From positions 1-64,000 of the IMG/VR virus record IMGVR_UViG_3300028797_000100: DNA of 64,000 nucleotides. One strand, given 5' to 3'. The stretch comes from a virus (lineage: Duplodnaviria; Caudoviricetes). The translations under genes were made by a program, and so were the position numbers. The notes beneath the pieces were generated by a model. It saw only the letters and a list, made by a program, of their open reading frames with translations, was not told where the DNA came from and did no database searches. Positions 41,601-51,519 of the stretch are shown here, piece by piece (position 1 is the stretch's first letter; each line of letters starts with the position of its first letter).

Positions 41601-43167
41601 ATTGATAAAAATTGACATCGGTACCATAATTTGACATCGCTGGTAATTCATATTGAGCATCTGCTTCGATTTCATAGTAATCGGACAATGCAAATTGTGG
41701 CCAACGGCCTGGTGGGTTGTTGAAATCACCATTGGCATCAATACCTGATAACCTGCTGACCGCAATGAGATTTTGAAAAGTATTTGTGAGATTGGTTTTT
41801 GTTACACAATACTCTTGAGTCTCATAATTGATCCAATCGTTTTCATACAATGGATCATTTATTTGGACAACTGTTGTTATCGATGTATGACCTTCTGCCG
41901 ATACTTCTATCGGTATATGGTACCTACCCGTCGTTGAATTATAATCACCAACACCACCAGGTGCACCGTAAATGATATATTGTTTTACATATCCACCCTT
42001 GGCATATAACTTGAAGGGAAATGAATCTGCGGTTACTTCACCAGATAGAATGTAAATTCCTTCACCGGCTTTGTACTTGTCTCCGGTTGCTTTAATCAGA
42101 GCCCATGTACCATCACCACGTAGGAAGTAATTCTGACATCCCATCTCGGGTGCAGGTACATAACCCATGACACCATCCCATGTAGGACCAGCACCTATAA
42201 AGGTAGATATCTGAGACAAACGATACAATTCATTCTGCTGTTCAACAGTAAATGATGCAGTCGTTCCATCCAATAAATCTTTATTAGCGTGAGTATGCGA
42301 CTTTGTTTTCAAGTCCGAAATATCACGAGTAACGATTACATACGTCGCAGCAAGCTCATCTATTGCATCCAACTTCTCTTGAGTAATTCCATCAAGAACA
42401 GTTTTGTTTGCATGAGTATGGGCTTTTTCTTCAACTGCAACCAATCTTACTTTTACTTCAGTATCATCATAATTATGAAGATCATCGAACTTAGTTCTAT
42501 CAGCTGTAGTCCATAATGATGATGCAGTAATGGTATCAAGTAAAGCTTTATTTGGATGAACATGGGTTGCTCTGGCAATTAATTCACGAAGTTCAGTATC
42601 GTCATAATTATGAAGATCATCGAACTTATCACGATCTGCCTGAGTGATACCATCCAATATATCTTTATTGGCATGAGTATGTGCCTTAGGATATATCTCA
42701 TCCACTTTATCTTTTACTGCATTGAATTCCGGTTTTGTTACAAAGTCTGATGGATCTATATCAGATGAATTTACATCAATCCATCTATCACCAATCCACG
42801 CATACAAGTCTGGATCAGCAGTTGTTGATGATTTGACAAATCTAACATCACCAAGTTTATTATCGTTGGATGGTAAGTCATCTGCAGAGTCATAAACATC
42901 AGTGGACATAATTGCCATACGATTCAGATTGTCAAACAGATTGTCAACTTCTTCTTTCGTATAGTAATTCGTCAAATCACCATGATCACATATGTACGGA
43001 AGTTGTTTGAAGTATTTGTTTCCTTCACCAACTTTCAATTTGGTTTTACCTTCGGGAGTTAGTTCAACACATAAACATCCACGTGGTACAACCCAATATT
43101 CTACAGCACGTTCATCCCACTGGGCAGTGGTTTTTACAACATGCTGATGCGAATCATTATTAGGCAT
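38680..43167 (-). CDS. Large tail-associated protein (Mtd-N/hyaluronidase-N-like N-terminus, HTHANK and YxAGDGI repeats, putative carbohydrate-binding domains)
   Basis: Start revised to MPNNDS at 43167 after GAAAGGAG; KLKVGEGNKYFKQLPY; repeated LRGDGTWA. Confidence 0.8.
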   Translation of the reverse strand: MPNNDSHQHVVKTTAQWDERAVEYWVVPRGCLCVELTPEGKTKLKVGEGNKYFKQLPYICDHGDLTNYYTKEEVDNLFDNLNRMAIMSTDVYDSADDLPSNDNKLGDVRFVKSSTTADPDLYAWIGDRWIDVNSSDIDPSDFVTKPEFNAVKDKVDEIYPKAHTHANKDILDGITQADRDKFDDLHNYDDTELRELIARATHVHPNKALLDTITASSLWTTADRTKFDDLHNYDDTEVKVRLVAVEEKAHTHANKTVLDGITQEKLDAIDELAATYVIVTRDISDLKTKSHTHANKDLLDGTTASFTVEQQNELYRLSQISTFIGAGPTWDGVMGYVPAPEMGCQNYFLRGDGTWALIKATGDKYKAGEGIYILSGEVTADSFPFKLYAKGGYVKQYIIYGAPGGVGDYNSTTGRYHIPIEVSAEGHTSITTVVQINDPLYENDWINYETQEYCVTKTNLTNTFQNLIAVSRLSGIDANGDFNNPPGRWPQFALSDYYEIEADAQYELPAMSNYGTDVNFYQYANVNMYDANYNRTRTILRGQYSKVIITPLLGEKYLRIASSVVASDPDYFIDPVLYRLKEVINPVPIPLQQIQLIPNTINTIDVLTTTKPLDVYMETVVPPDPDPDDPMSEYTGIIYNDGILDVTQEDPNALNELTFHYRDNVDKTLTIPSEPLPIASDTTLGGIKVGNNLTIDPVTGVLDATGGNEYVAGDGISFAQASDLPTGYIQLEYVASDGTLSYIDTGVSHGFTAYMDLQYDASNHRQLMGIGLNSGTYFGSNVSEQFEMSGVIANSDTTQRNTAIWHHDEINPCRLEVDGSSVTDGSSTGASNDTFKLFSPFTSSGFGSSVKIYSVDIYDNNNTRIRRLIPCESPQHVVGLYDLVNDLFYAPSGSDLIAGPVRSDFPISINAKLGNGLSFDSNDAITVDEMTGADGTNAGTAGIVPAPGATDNTKFLRGDGTWAIPGSSGGEYVAGDGITFTHPGMTDLGFDFDAFVAKITSMHNGTKTVDSEHEVLTLTATGNDCYTGPYSNTSAQNVYTFPIVAGHVYRLTWDSSNPSVSGRIFAFENVSETNLHWVDQSVQDYLEFTAVTSGTINFRFGVQNSGDTISYSNIHFYEIDNFDPNTTIINADIAKGLEFDSLDKLQVKLGDGLHFDSNDAIEIDSNLYYPGQGIEFGGETLIPTEFNQSAFINVIGASNGNISKTPALDAFTLTATNNDCFTDHYDGWSGYYITAEPNTKYRVSWESTNGTSGNMFVFEVSGTTYTGVMYIVNNANTNVNIFTTSSTCTKLSLRFGVASTGNSERYSNITFDKVVPLNNVITAKLGDGLQFDANGAIEAIGSGTQYVRVNTTDSYVLLHTKPADWDDHWDKYFELTYDEITTAPPDWDPTQHYKYENDNYVLGTAGDTFVSTTWYDKHYVGLDPTTAVTFDSDVYYTGELHLIEDGETYDTAFEKVNEAIEHIERLEQEVQYLQDDRVGVRVTNPSSENLEFYNT

Positions 43168-43196
43168 ATAATGTAATCTCTCCTTTCTTACAAGAG

Positions 43197-43246
43197 TTAC
43201 AAGGTCGTTTGTGATCATTTTTTATACAATATAAATATATATTATT
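43197..43246. promoter_or_regulatory. Back-to-back putative late (minus, AAACGACCTTGTAA) and early (plus, ATATATTATT) promoters
   Basis: Motifs at 43197-43210 and 43237-43246. Confidence 0.55.
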
Positions 43247-43299
43247 ATTCGGAAGGCTATGGACCTATCATAAAGAAAGACGAAAGGAAGTGTTTATTC

Positions 43300-43707
43300 A
43301 TGAATGCTGTTAGAGCGATGAATAAATCCAAATGCCAAAGATGTATGGAGAAAATGAAAGAAGAAGCCGAAAGGCAGATTGTCGAAAACACTTTAGAGAA
43401 CGAGTATAAGTTCTTTGAAGAGTTTGAACAAACTGCAGGCGAATCCATACGGACGGCAGATTTTACCTTATTCTTTTCCGCACTCATAAGTGTTGGTATC
43501 GAAGATAAGGAATTGATCAAGGATATATTCGAAAAGGTTGTAATGTATTCTTCAGTCAGTGAGTTATTCGGAAAGAAACTTACTATGGAAGATGTACAGA
43601 AACAACTGACTGAGGAGTATGGTTTAGATTTCAGAAGAATCGAATACCATCACGAGAAGTTGGAAGACTTTAAAGCAAGATATTGGAAAGAAAATCCAGA
43701 TAAATAA
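43300..43707 (+). CDS. Hypothetical protein
   Basis: RBS, early motif upstream. Confidence 0.75.
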   Translation: MNAVRAMNKSKCQRCMEKMKEEAERQIVENTLENEYKFFEEFEQTAGESIRTADFTLFFSALISVGIEDKELIKDIFEKVVMYSSVSELFGKKLTMEDVQKQLTEEYGLDFRRIEYHHEKLEDFKARYWKENPDK

Positions 43708-43720
43708 AAGGAGGAATTTT

Positions 43721-44074
43721 ATGAAAGAAACATTGACAATCTTATTCCCGAAGGAAATCTCACCCGAAGACATTAAGGCACAGATCCCCGAAGAAGGTTT
43801 CTTAAGAATGTATGGTGATGGTAATCCGACAACAGAACACATCAACAATCCTTTCAAGCCCCATGCTATTATTAAGAATTTCATGTATGACGAGGAAGAA
43901 GGTTGGATGGGATTCGTTGAGGTACCGGCACAGTACGTAAGAAAATTCAAGACATATAATAATCCAGTGATAAAAGCAACATTAGCAGGCACAAAAGGAA
44001 ATTATAAGATATGCTATTTTGAATTATTTGAACCAGAGTGCTTATTAATGGACAGATTATATACAGGAAAATGA
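43721..44074 (+). CDS. Hypothetical protein
   Basis: AAGGAGG RBS. Confidence 0.75.
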   Translation: MKETLTILFPKEISPEDIKAQIPEEGFLRMYGDGNPTTEHINNPFKPHAIIKNFMYDEEEGWMGFVEVPAQYVRKFKTYNNPVIKATLAGTKGNYKICYFELFEPECLLMDRLYTGK

Positions 44075-44084
44075 GGGATTAACA

Positions 44085-44384
44085 ATGAAGAAGAAGGGTT
44101 TAACGGTCATCGAGATTATTGTAGCATCTGTCATAGTTATAGTACTGCTATTAATAATCGGCGGTGCTTTACTAAATGAGAAGAACAAGATATCTGAAGG
44201 AACAGTTGTTGAACGTACGTATGTATCAGGATATATGACAGACAATGGATATGTTCATTCAAAGTGTAAACTGACTATCGAAGGTGAAAAGAACGGTAAA
44301 ATAGTTCAGTACACATTTGAGGTTCCTGAGTCTGAGTATGCTCAGTACCAGGTTGGAGATCATTATCCAAAACCGAGGGGGTAA
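44085..44384 (+). CDS. Small membrane protein with type IV prepilin-like N-terminal signal
   Basis: MKKKG/LTVIEIIVASVIVIVLLLII: basic leader, Gly at -1, Glu at +5, hydrophobic helix. Confidence 0.65.
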   Translation: MKKKGLTVIEIIVASVIVIVLLLIIGGALLNEKNKISEGTVVERTYVSGYMTDNGYVHSKCKLTIEGEKNGKIVQYTFEVPESEYAQYQVGDHYPKPRG

Positions 44385-44390
44385 CAGATT

Positions 44391-44585
44391 ATGACTCATG
44401 AACAAAAAGGGGAAGCAATCTTATTTGGAATATTCATGCTATTCGCATTGTTATTTCTGATATCGATATTCCTCTTTATATCAGATAAAAGGCATAAAGA
44501 AAATTCAGAAAAAAGCTTGGAGTTGATATTCCTTTCAGGAGTGGGACTCCTAGTTATTTTAATAGCCCATTGGTATTGGTCATAA
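44391..44585 (+). CDS. Small 2-TM membrane protein
   Basis: Hydrophobic segments. Confidence 0.65.
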   Translation: MTHEQKGEAILFGIFMLFALLFLISIFLFISDKRHKENSEKSLELIFLSGVGLLVILIAHWYWS

Positions 44586-44606
44586 TCATTTGCTATATAA
44601 ATAATA

Positions 44607-44646
44607 ATTGGGCCCCATTACGGGGCCCAATAATATTTTTTTTTTT
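44607..44646. terminator. Terminator between convergent genes
   Basis: ATTGGGCCCC-ATTAC-GGGGCCCAAT + T tract. Confidence 0.8.
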
Positions 44647-47582
44647 TATTCTGTTGCTGCAGTTGGTACATACATAAGTCTCGCGCCGAAGTATTGTGAA
44701 GATGTTGCTGAAGTATTGCCAGCGCCGATATCGAATATACCACAATAGTCACCATCGACCCAGCTACCGCCACTTGGATAAATACGCCATCCACCATCAG
44801 ATGTACCGTAATAGTCACCTATTACTTCTGTTGGATCTTGTGTTGATACTGTCTCGGATGGTAAGAACGTATAGTCATTGTTTGCATCATAACCGAATGC
44901 TGTGATGTAACCAATGACTGATGACATCGTGAAACCTATCTGTGAATATCCTGTAGCAGTATCATCTTCAAATGAGTACGAATCACATATGTATGGAACA
45001 TGTTCATTGATATTAATACCATCGATCCAGTTCCAGATGTTACCCCAGAGATTCTCAATACCTCTCCAGAATACTGGAATTGTCGAGTTTGATTTATTAC
45101 CAGCTGTCGATTTACCGTCGTTAGTAGTTGAATTGGTTGTTTTAATCGAACCAGATACAACACCCCTACCGATCGCAACTTGCGAGTTGAAACCATACTC
45201 AACAGCTATCAACATCTGAATTGCTGATAACTGCTTGAAACCAGCGTTATACCAACCAGTACCTCTGTTAGTTGCCATTATTCTAGCTGTAGCACGAGTG
45301 AGTGAAGATGTCGGTGTATAGCCACCAGCAGATGATAACTTGTAATCAGTCGTGTTGTATGACGTATTATAAGTACCAGAAGAATTCTGACCAACTGCTG
45401 CAAATGAACCATACAGGAAATAGTCTACTTCATTTCCATTTACGTCAATGAACGCGGGATGTACTTTGAAGGTATTATCTACCTTTGTAGCAGCAATTTC
45501 CCATTTAGCTTTGCGGATGTGAACACCATCAAGGGTTATAGGTGTCATCTTATAATAGAACTTAGGTATGTACGACATAACCTGTCCTTTTGTACCGTTG
45601 TTATTGTAACCGCTTTCATCAGCTCTCTTTGTTATTGTACCATCATCATTTACATTGCAACGAATGATGCTATTATAAACAGACAAAGCTTGAGGATTAC
45701 CAACTTGCTCCATGGTATTGTTTGAGAAGTCCATAACAATAGATACTATTATTTGAGTACCAACTGCATATACTTCGTTACCATTTCCAACAGTTATCGG
45801 GTTCTGTCCAGCAACTGCATCGTCGAGTGAAGCATACCATGTATATGTATAAGAACCATTATCGGATGAACTTGGAAGTGTTTCACCATTTACAAATGTT
45901 CCATAAGCATAATATGTATTTATTGTTGGATCTGGATAATAGGACTTAGGTTTCATATAAGCGTCATATGACGCAAATGGAACAAGTATCTGTGTCCATG
46001 ACTGTGTAAATATTGAATTATTATTTCCAAGAGTTGGTGGTATTAATGGTTTGAATCTTATGATGTCTATGAAACCGCAACTACCAGTGGCACCACCAGC
46101 AATTGATGTGACTGTGCTTGGTATAGTCATTACTGCCAATGAAGAACATGTATCACATATATTGGAAGGAATAGTAGTTATTCCTTCAGGCGGTTCGAAA
46201 GTTGCCAACGCTTTGCATCCACTATACATAGATGAACCAAGACTGACAACAGATTCCGGTAGACAAGTTTCAGCCAATGAAATACAGTTAGTGAACGCGT
46301 TGCTACCAAAACTAATATTAGATGGGAACTCTACAGACATCAATGACGAGCATCCATTAAATGCATTATTTCCTACCGATGTAACGGTATTAGGAACATC
46401 AACATCCATAAGATTTACACAATCACTGAACATGCTAGCCTGGATTGCAGTGAGACCTGTCGGTAGTTTAATGCTTCTCAGACTCTTGCATGCGTTGAAA
46501 AATGCTGTACCGCTGAGAGAAGTTATACCAACACCAAGGATGGCTTCTTTCAAACTATCGCAGCTATTGAAAATGCTATTTCCGGTTGTTGTTAATGATC
46601 CAGGAATAACAACAGTTTCCAAAGAATAACAGCTGTCAAATGCATAGCTTCCAAAAGTTGTAATTGAATTTGGAAGACTGACAACTTTGAGATTGTAGTT
46701 TTTACGTATAGAATATGTGCCACACGTCGTACATCCATTAGGTATAATTATTGATGACAAATCGGTTTCTGAAAATGCATAATCGGATATTCCTGTGATT
46801 GCATTATGAAGCGTTATAGTTTTTAATGAATGACACATCAAAAATGAATATGAACCGATCTCTGTGAAGTCGGTTCCAACTTCGACATGTGTAACAGCAT
46901 CACTGTAAACCACGTCAGGAGAACTTCCTGAAGCACTACCGTTTGAGATTATGTTGGATATATATGGCGTTGCACTTTGCAACTTCACAGTTCCAGATGT
47001 AACTTTAACTGAAATTACATATTTACCAGGTGCTGAAAAGAAATGTCTTTCACCAACATAAGCAGCTGCACTAGTGTTAGATAACTCCGAATGTGCGGAA
47101 CCATCACCCCAGTCAACATCAACTGTTGAGTTCTTATAAAGATACAACTTCAATGTTGGGTTGAGTCTACCTTCTTTGAGAGTAATGTAGAAACGGGTTC
47201 TTCCATCATCAGTAGCATACATCTGACCGATGTCAAGTCTACCATTGTTAGCAACGAATGTTTTGGCATCCGAAAGACTCCAGTTCCAACCCTGTGATGT
47301 TAAACCGGTATGAGTTGGATTAGCTGGTAATGATTCGAGAGCAGCAAACTCCTGTGTTGTGTATGATGTAATCAGAGTTCCATCATAATCATAGAATCTT
47401 ACAGGTTTTACATCTCCTGGATCTGGTATACTATTAATTCCACCAGGAAAATCCATCAAACCTGGATTGTTAGGGAGTGTGCCGCCTTTACCAGCTATAG
47501 CTGTAGCAATACTATCTACCGCGAGGGCAATATCTGCAGCATTGTCTTGTAATGTTTGTAAATTTGTAGGCAAATCAGCCAT
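44646..47582 (-). CDS. BspA-type LRR protein with C-terminal CLec/FGE-like (DGR-target-like) domain
   Basis: LRR_5-type repeats (AFxxCxSLxxVxIPxxxTxIG); WRGIENLWGNIWNWIDG ... GGSW..G..CG.F ... FGARL. Confidence 0.8.
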   Translation of the reverse strand: MADLPTNLQTLQDNAADIALAVDSIATAIAGKGGTLPNNPGLMDFPGGINSIPDPGDVKPVRFYDYDGTLITSYTTQEFAALESLPANPTHTGLTSQGWNWSLSDAKTFVANNGRLDIGQMYATDDGRTRFYITLKEGRLNPTLKLYLYKNSTVDVDWGDGSAHSELSNTSAAAYVGERHFFSAPGKYVISVKVTSGTVKLQSATPYISNIISNGSASGSSPDVVYSDAVTHVEVGTDFTEIGSYSFLMCHSLKTITLHNAITGISDYAFSETDLSSIIIPNGCTTCGTYSIRKNYNLKVVSLPNSITTFGSYAFDSCYSLETVVIPGSLTTTGNSIFNSCDSLKEAILGVGITSLSGTAFFNACKSLRSIKLPTGLTAIQASMFSDCVNLMDVDVPNTVTSVGNNAFNGCSSLMSVEFPSNISFGSNAFTNCISLAETCLPESVVSLGSSMYSGCKALATFEPPEGITTIPSNICDTCSSLAVMTIPSTVTSIAGGATGSCGFIDIIRFKPLIPPTLGNNNSIFTQSWTQILVPFASYDAYMKPKSYYPDPTINTYYAYGTFVNGETLPSSSDNGSYTYTWYASLDDAVAGQNPITVGNGNEVYAVGTQIIVSIVMDFSNNTMEQVGNPQALSVYNSIIRCNVNDDGTITKRADESGYNNNGTKGQVMSYIPKFYYKMTPITLDGVHIRKAKWEIAATKVDNTFKVHPAFIDVNGNEVDYFLYGSFAAVGQNSSGTYNTSYNTTDYKLSSAGGYTPTSSLTRATARIMATNRGTGWYNAGFKQLSAIQMLIAVEYGFNSQVAIGRGVVSGSIKTTNSTTNDGKSTAGNKSNSTIPVFWRGIENLWGNIWNWIDGININEHVPYICDSYSFEDDTATGYSQIGFTMSSVIGYITAFGYDANNDYTFLPSETVSTQDPTEVIGDYYGTSDGGWRIYPSGGSWVDGDYCGIFDIGAGNTSATSSQYFGARLMYVPTAATE

Positions 47583-47597
47583 TTAAGTCACCTCCTA

Positions 47598-50576
47598 TTA
47601 CACACGTTCAACAACATGAGCATATACTTCTTTGCCGTTACCTTCCGTAATTGGGTTGGATTGTGCAATTAAATCATTTATAGAAGCATACCATGTAAGA
47701 TCGTAAGTCTTCTCTCCAGACACCACGTTTGGTAACTCTCTACCAGATGCATACGTATAAAACATATCATATTCGTATGTCGCCGGAGATGGGTAATTCG
47801 ATGCTGAAGTATATGTATCATAACAATCCTGTTGTACAAGTATCCTACAATCAGTTTCAAGAGAAGCAAATGTATTTGAATTTGACAACGTTGGGGGATT
47901 GTTTCTTTCAAACTTGATATATGATAATCCCGAACAACCTGAGAACGCTTCGGTTCCAATATCAGTTATGTCTCCGGGAATTACAATATATCCCAATGAT
48001 GCACATGACTTGAAAGCTTTCTGAGGAATAGATGTCATACTTGAAGGTATTGTGAATGTTTGTAATGCTGAACAGTTTTCAAATGTGGAAGCCCCCATAG
48101 TAGTAAATGTATTTGGGAATGAAATTGTATTAAGAGCTTGGCAATATGAGAAAGCGTTTGATCCGGTCGATGTTAATGTTGAAGGAACCGTTACATGCAT
48201 AATGCCATAACAATATGTGAATGCATCCTGACCGATAGAGGTTACTCCTTCCGGAATAACGAAGTCCATCATTGTACGGTTTCTTGCACAGAACTCCAAA
48301 GGAATTGAACCAGATATACCAGGAGCCTGGAGAACATCACACGAAGGACAATCAACAAAACACTTTTGATCAACTGAAGTCATTCGATCAGAGAATGTCA
48401 TCGCTATTATAGAAAAACATTGTGAGAAACATTTCTGACCAATAGATGTCAATGATTTAGGAGTTGAAACAAATCGCAAACCATAGCAACCTTCAAATGT
48501 GCTTGTACCAAGTGCTGTTACTCCTTCGGGAATAACGACGGCTTGTAATGACGAATTCCACTGGAATGTTGAATTACCAATTGACCGAACTGTTGATGGA
48601 ATGGATACATGAGTCATTGAATAACATCTGTAGAAAGCATATGTGCCAATGTCCATATTTGACCCAATATGAATATCCTGAATACAGTTTGTGTATTTCT
48701 TTGATTCATTACCAGGTGTCGTATTACCAAGACCACCCTTACAGAATAGCTTATTCGCACTGTTACCACCCTTAATAATTGCAGTACCAGATGTTACTGT
48801 TATGAGAATATAATAACGACCTGGTTCAGCATATGTGTGAGTAGTATACTTATAAGACGAATTTGTACCTGTTAACGTTTCATGTGCACTTTCGTCACCC
48901 CAATCAATGTCTACAGTACCACTGAGATACAGACCAAGCTGAGGATTTAGACAACCTTCTGGAAGTAAAACATGTATCGCAGTTTTACCATCGATTGTTA
49001 TATAATGCTGACCAATGTTAAGAGCACCATATGCGGTTACATAAGTCTTAGCATCAGCTAACGTCCAGTTCCAACCCTGAGCTGTCAACCAATCGTATGT
49101 ACGATCTGGATTGGGTGGCATTTCTGTAAGTGCAAGGAATTCTTCCGGAGTGTATGAATAAAGAATCGCACCATCAACATCAAAGAAGTTGACGCCACCA
49201 TGATTGTATCCGCGTGCCGGAACATTGACTGTGATACTGTTGTAATTGGTCGTATCATATGTGTCATTTTCTTTGAGCTCTGTTGGGTAAGCTGTCTGAG
49301 CTACAAGAGCTCCATTATATACCACCTTACCCTCATCGCCTGCAACGTATGTATTGGCCACATTTACATTGAGAGAATTGATAAGTGTCGTATCAACTGT
49401 TCCATTTGTTGTGGTAGAAGATGAACTTTGTGAAACAAGTGCTCCACTGGAAACAACTTTGCCTTCATCTTCTGCATCGTAAGAGTTCTCCACTTCAACG
49501 GTTACTGATGAATATCCTAAAGCATTATCATCCGTTGCAGTGTAGGTTCCATTGATAGTAATATTTTTAGTAGTAAACTTACTAACGGTTTCACTACCAT
49601 TCAATGAATCATCCAGCGATCCATTAACAGCTTCAACAATTGCATTGATAGGTGCTGGATCAACACCGGGTGTGATAGATGATATACCACCCTTGATCTT
49701 CATATCAAATCCACCAACGATTGGTGTTGATATAGTATTTACACCATTAACAGTTGATATACTAACACCAGTATCAGCCATGGTCAATGTATCATCAGGA
49801 CCGAGAGGTTCATCCAAAGGGAAGAATATGTTAGAACCATTAACATTGATAGTGATACCCGTTGTATTATATGCAACATATGTCGATGCAACAGATCCTT
49901 GTTCGAGTTGCCAACAAGTTACATAGATATTATTACCATCATCTTGTGTCTTCTGTATTCTTGGAGATACATATCCTGCGGTAGTAACATCAAATGTGAC
50001 GGTGTATCTTTGCCAACTTGTTGAAATTGTACATGAAGTAGATCCTACAGATACTACAGCTTTATTTGCATACTGAGGAAAAGATGAATCTTCTGCTATG
50101 AGAATCTCACAAGCGATTGAAGATACTTCACCTTTAACATATACAGAAAATGTATATGTTCCTACAGGAAGATTTATTTCATTACACAGACCTTTGCCAG
50201 AGTTCCAGTAATTGTAACCTGGCTCATCCGGTAAATAACGATCCCATGTTGCTATTTCACCCCAATTACCTCTATTAATAGAATCACTATTTATAGGAGG
50301 ATAGATGTTTGGGCAAACACCACTCAATCCACCCTGTTTACCGTAGATGATATAATCATCGAGATTGTTACCATCGCCATTAAATGTGATTGGTAATGTT
50401 TCCTTTATGAAATGACCACTGTCGTCACCACCGGCTGGAATCGTAGCTATTGCAGCAGCAAAGTCTTCAAGACCGTCTCCTACAGAAACGGTACCACCTT
50501 TAGCAGTAATAGCATTACCGATAGCAGTCTTAGCCGCTTTAACACGGTCGACATTTTGTTTTAATGTATTAGGCAT
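47598..50576 (-). CDS. BspA-type LRR protein, paralog of the downstream gene, with carbohydrate-binding-like domain
   Basis: Shared LT(A/S)QGWNW(T/S)L and DWGD..H segments, about 11 LRRs, shared TWYAS..D...NPIT.GNG.EVYA. Confidence 0.8.
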   Translation of the reverse strand: MPNTLKQNVDRVKAAKTAIGNAITAKGGTVSVGDGLEDFAAAIATIPAGGDDSGHFIKETLPITFNGDGNNLDDYIIYGKQGGLSGVCPNIYPPINSDSINRGNWGEIATWDRYLPDEPGYNYWNSGKGLCNEINLPVGTYTFSVYVKGEVSSIACEILIAEDSSFPQYANKAVVSVGSTSCTISTSWQRYTVTFDVTTAGYVSPRIQKTQDDGNNIYVTCWQLEQGSVASTYVAYNTTGITINVNGSNIFFPLDEPLGPDDTLTMADTGVSISTVNGVNTISTPIVGGFDMKIKGGISSITPGVDPAPINAIVEAVNGSLDDSLNGSETVSKFTTKNITINGTYTATDDNALGYSSVTVEVENSYDAEDEGKVVSSGALVSQSSSSTTTNGTVDTTLINSLNVNVANTYVAGDEGKVVYNGALVAQTAYPTELKENDTYDTTNYNSITVNVPARGYNHGGVNFFDVDGAILYSYTPEEFLALTEMPPNPDRTYDWLTAQGWNWTLADAKTYVTAYGALNIGQHYITIDGKTAIHVLLPEGCLNPQLGLYLSGTVDIDWGDESAHETLTGTNSSYKYTTHTYAEPGRYYILITVTSGTAIIKGGNSANKLFCKGGLGNTTPGNESKKYTNCIQDIHIGSNMDIGTYAFYRCYSMTHVSIPSTVRSIGNSTFQWNSSLQAVVIPEGVTALGTSTFEGCYGLRFVSTPKSLTSIGQKCFSQCFSIIAMTFSDRMTSVDQKCFVDCPSCDVLQAPGISGSIPLEFCARNRTMMDFVIPEGVTSIGQDAFTYCYGIMHVTVPSTLTSTGSNAFSYCQALNTISFPNTFTTMGASTFENCSALQTFTIPSSMTSIPQKAFKSCASLGYIVIPGDITDIGTEAFSGCSGLSYIKFERNNPPTLSNSNTFASLETDCRILVQQDCYDTYTSASNYPSPATYEYDMFYTYASGRELPNVVSGEKTYDLTWYASINDLIAQSNPITEGNGKEVYAHVVERV

Positions 50577-50577
50577 T

Positions 50578-51456
50578 TTACAATACCCCCTCTAACTCCG
50601 TATTAGCATATCCAAGAGTACTGAAGGATTCATCAAGTGCATCTTGTACATTTGTCGCAGTTGCTCCAGATGTAGAGTTATCATATACTATACCAACCGC
50701 ATCTTTGTTATACGTAGGAGTCCAATCCATCTTAACACCACTCCATGAACCACCACCAGCAATTGCATTCCATGAATATGGAGCAGTTGTCAATGATTTG
50801 CATGTCCACCAGAATGCGGGACCATTAACCATTACTTCTGCTTCAGCATTACCTGAGAATGGTAATGCTGGTGAATACAGTTGACCAGTAACGATTGTAT
50901 TCGTTGGAAGGTTCTTCGCATACAGTTCATCAGTAATCTGCTTCAGAGTCTTTCCCGAGGTTGTTATATTCAACTCAGTGAATGTAGTGAAGTTATACTG
51001 AGCATCTATCTTCTCTTTGATAGTAGCCATAGCGGTATCAAGAATAGTTAAACTGTTACCGTAGTTTACTAACATCTGTGAACCACGAATACCGATAATG
51101 TCACCAACCTTTGTTGCAGAACCACCATTGATAGACTGCATAAGTTTATATGTAACTTCACCGGTATTGTTATCAGTTACTTTGGTTACGGTGTAACGGC
51201 TTTTATCACCTTCACCACCGCCTCCTCCGCCACCGCCCTCATCAGGGAAGTAGTCATAGAAGTTTGTACCATCAATAACTTTTCTGGTACCAGCTTCAAA
51301 GATATAATAGTTTGACAGCTGTATCATGTGTTTAAGCTGTTCCGCATCTATGTCATATCCATAACATGGATTAGGTTGATTGATTATAGGAATATTCCTT
51401 GGGTTTTTTGTAGGAATAGTCATATCAATTATATCAACACTAACTGTATCAGCCAT
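50578..51456 (-). CDS. Putative virion-associated protein
   Basis: Start revised to MADTVS after GAAAGGA; C-terminal ATNVQDALDE fibre motif. Confidence 0.7.
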   Translation of the reverse strand: MADTVSVDIIDMTIPTKNPRNIPIINQPNPCYGYDIDAEQLKHMIQLSNYYIFEAGTRKVIDGTNFYDYFPDEGGGGGGGGEGDKSRYTVTKVTDNNTGEVTYKLMQSINGGSATKVGDIIGIRGSQMLVNYGNSLTILDTAMATIKEKIDAQYNFTTFTELNITTSGKTLKQITDELYAKNLPTNTIVTGQLYSPALPFSGNAEAEVMVNGPAFWWTCKSLTTAPYSWNAIAGGGSWSGVKMDWTPTYNKDAVGIVYDNSTSGATATNVQDALDESFSTLGYANTELEGVL

Positions 51457-51519
51457 ATTATCATTCCTTTCTAAAATAAAATAATGAGGTGGGGGATTAC
51501 CCCACCTCATCTTGTAGGA

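Noticed and set aside
44646-47582. Complete DGR cassette
   Set aside because: No reverse transcriptase, Avd-like gene or template repeat visible in the window
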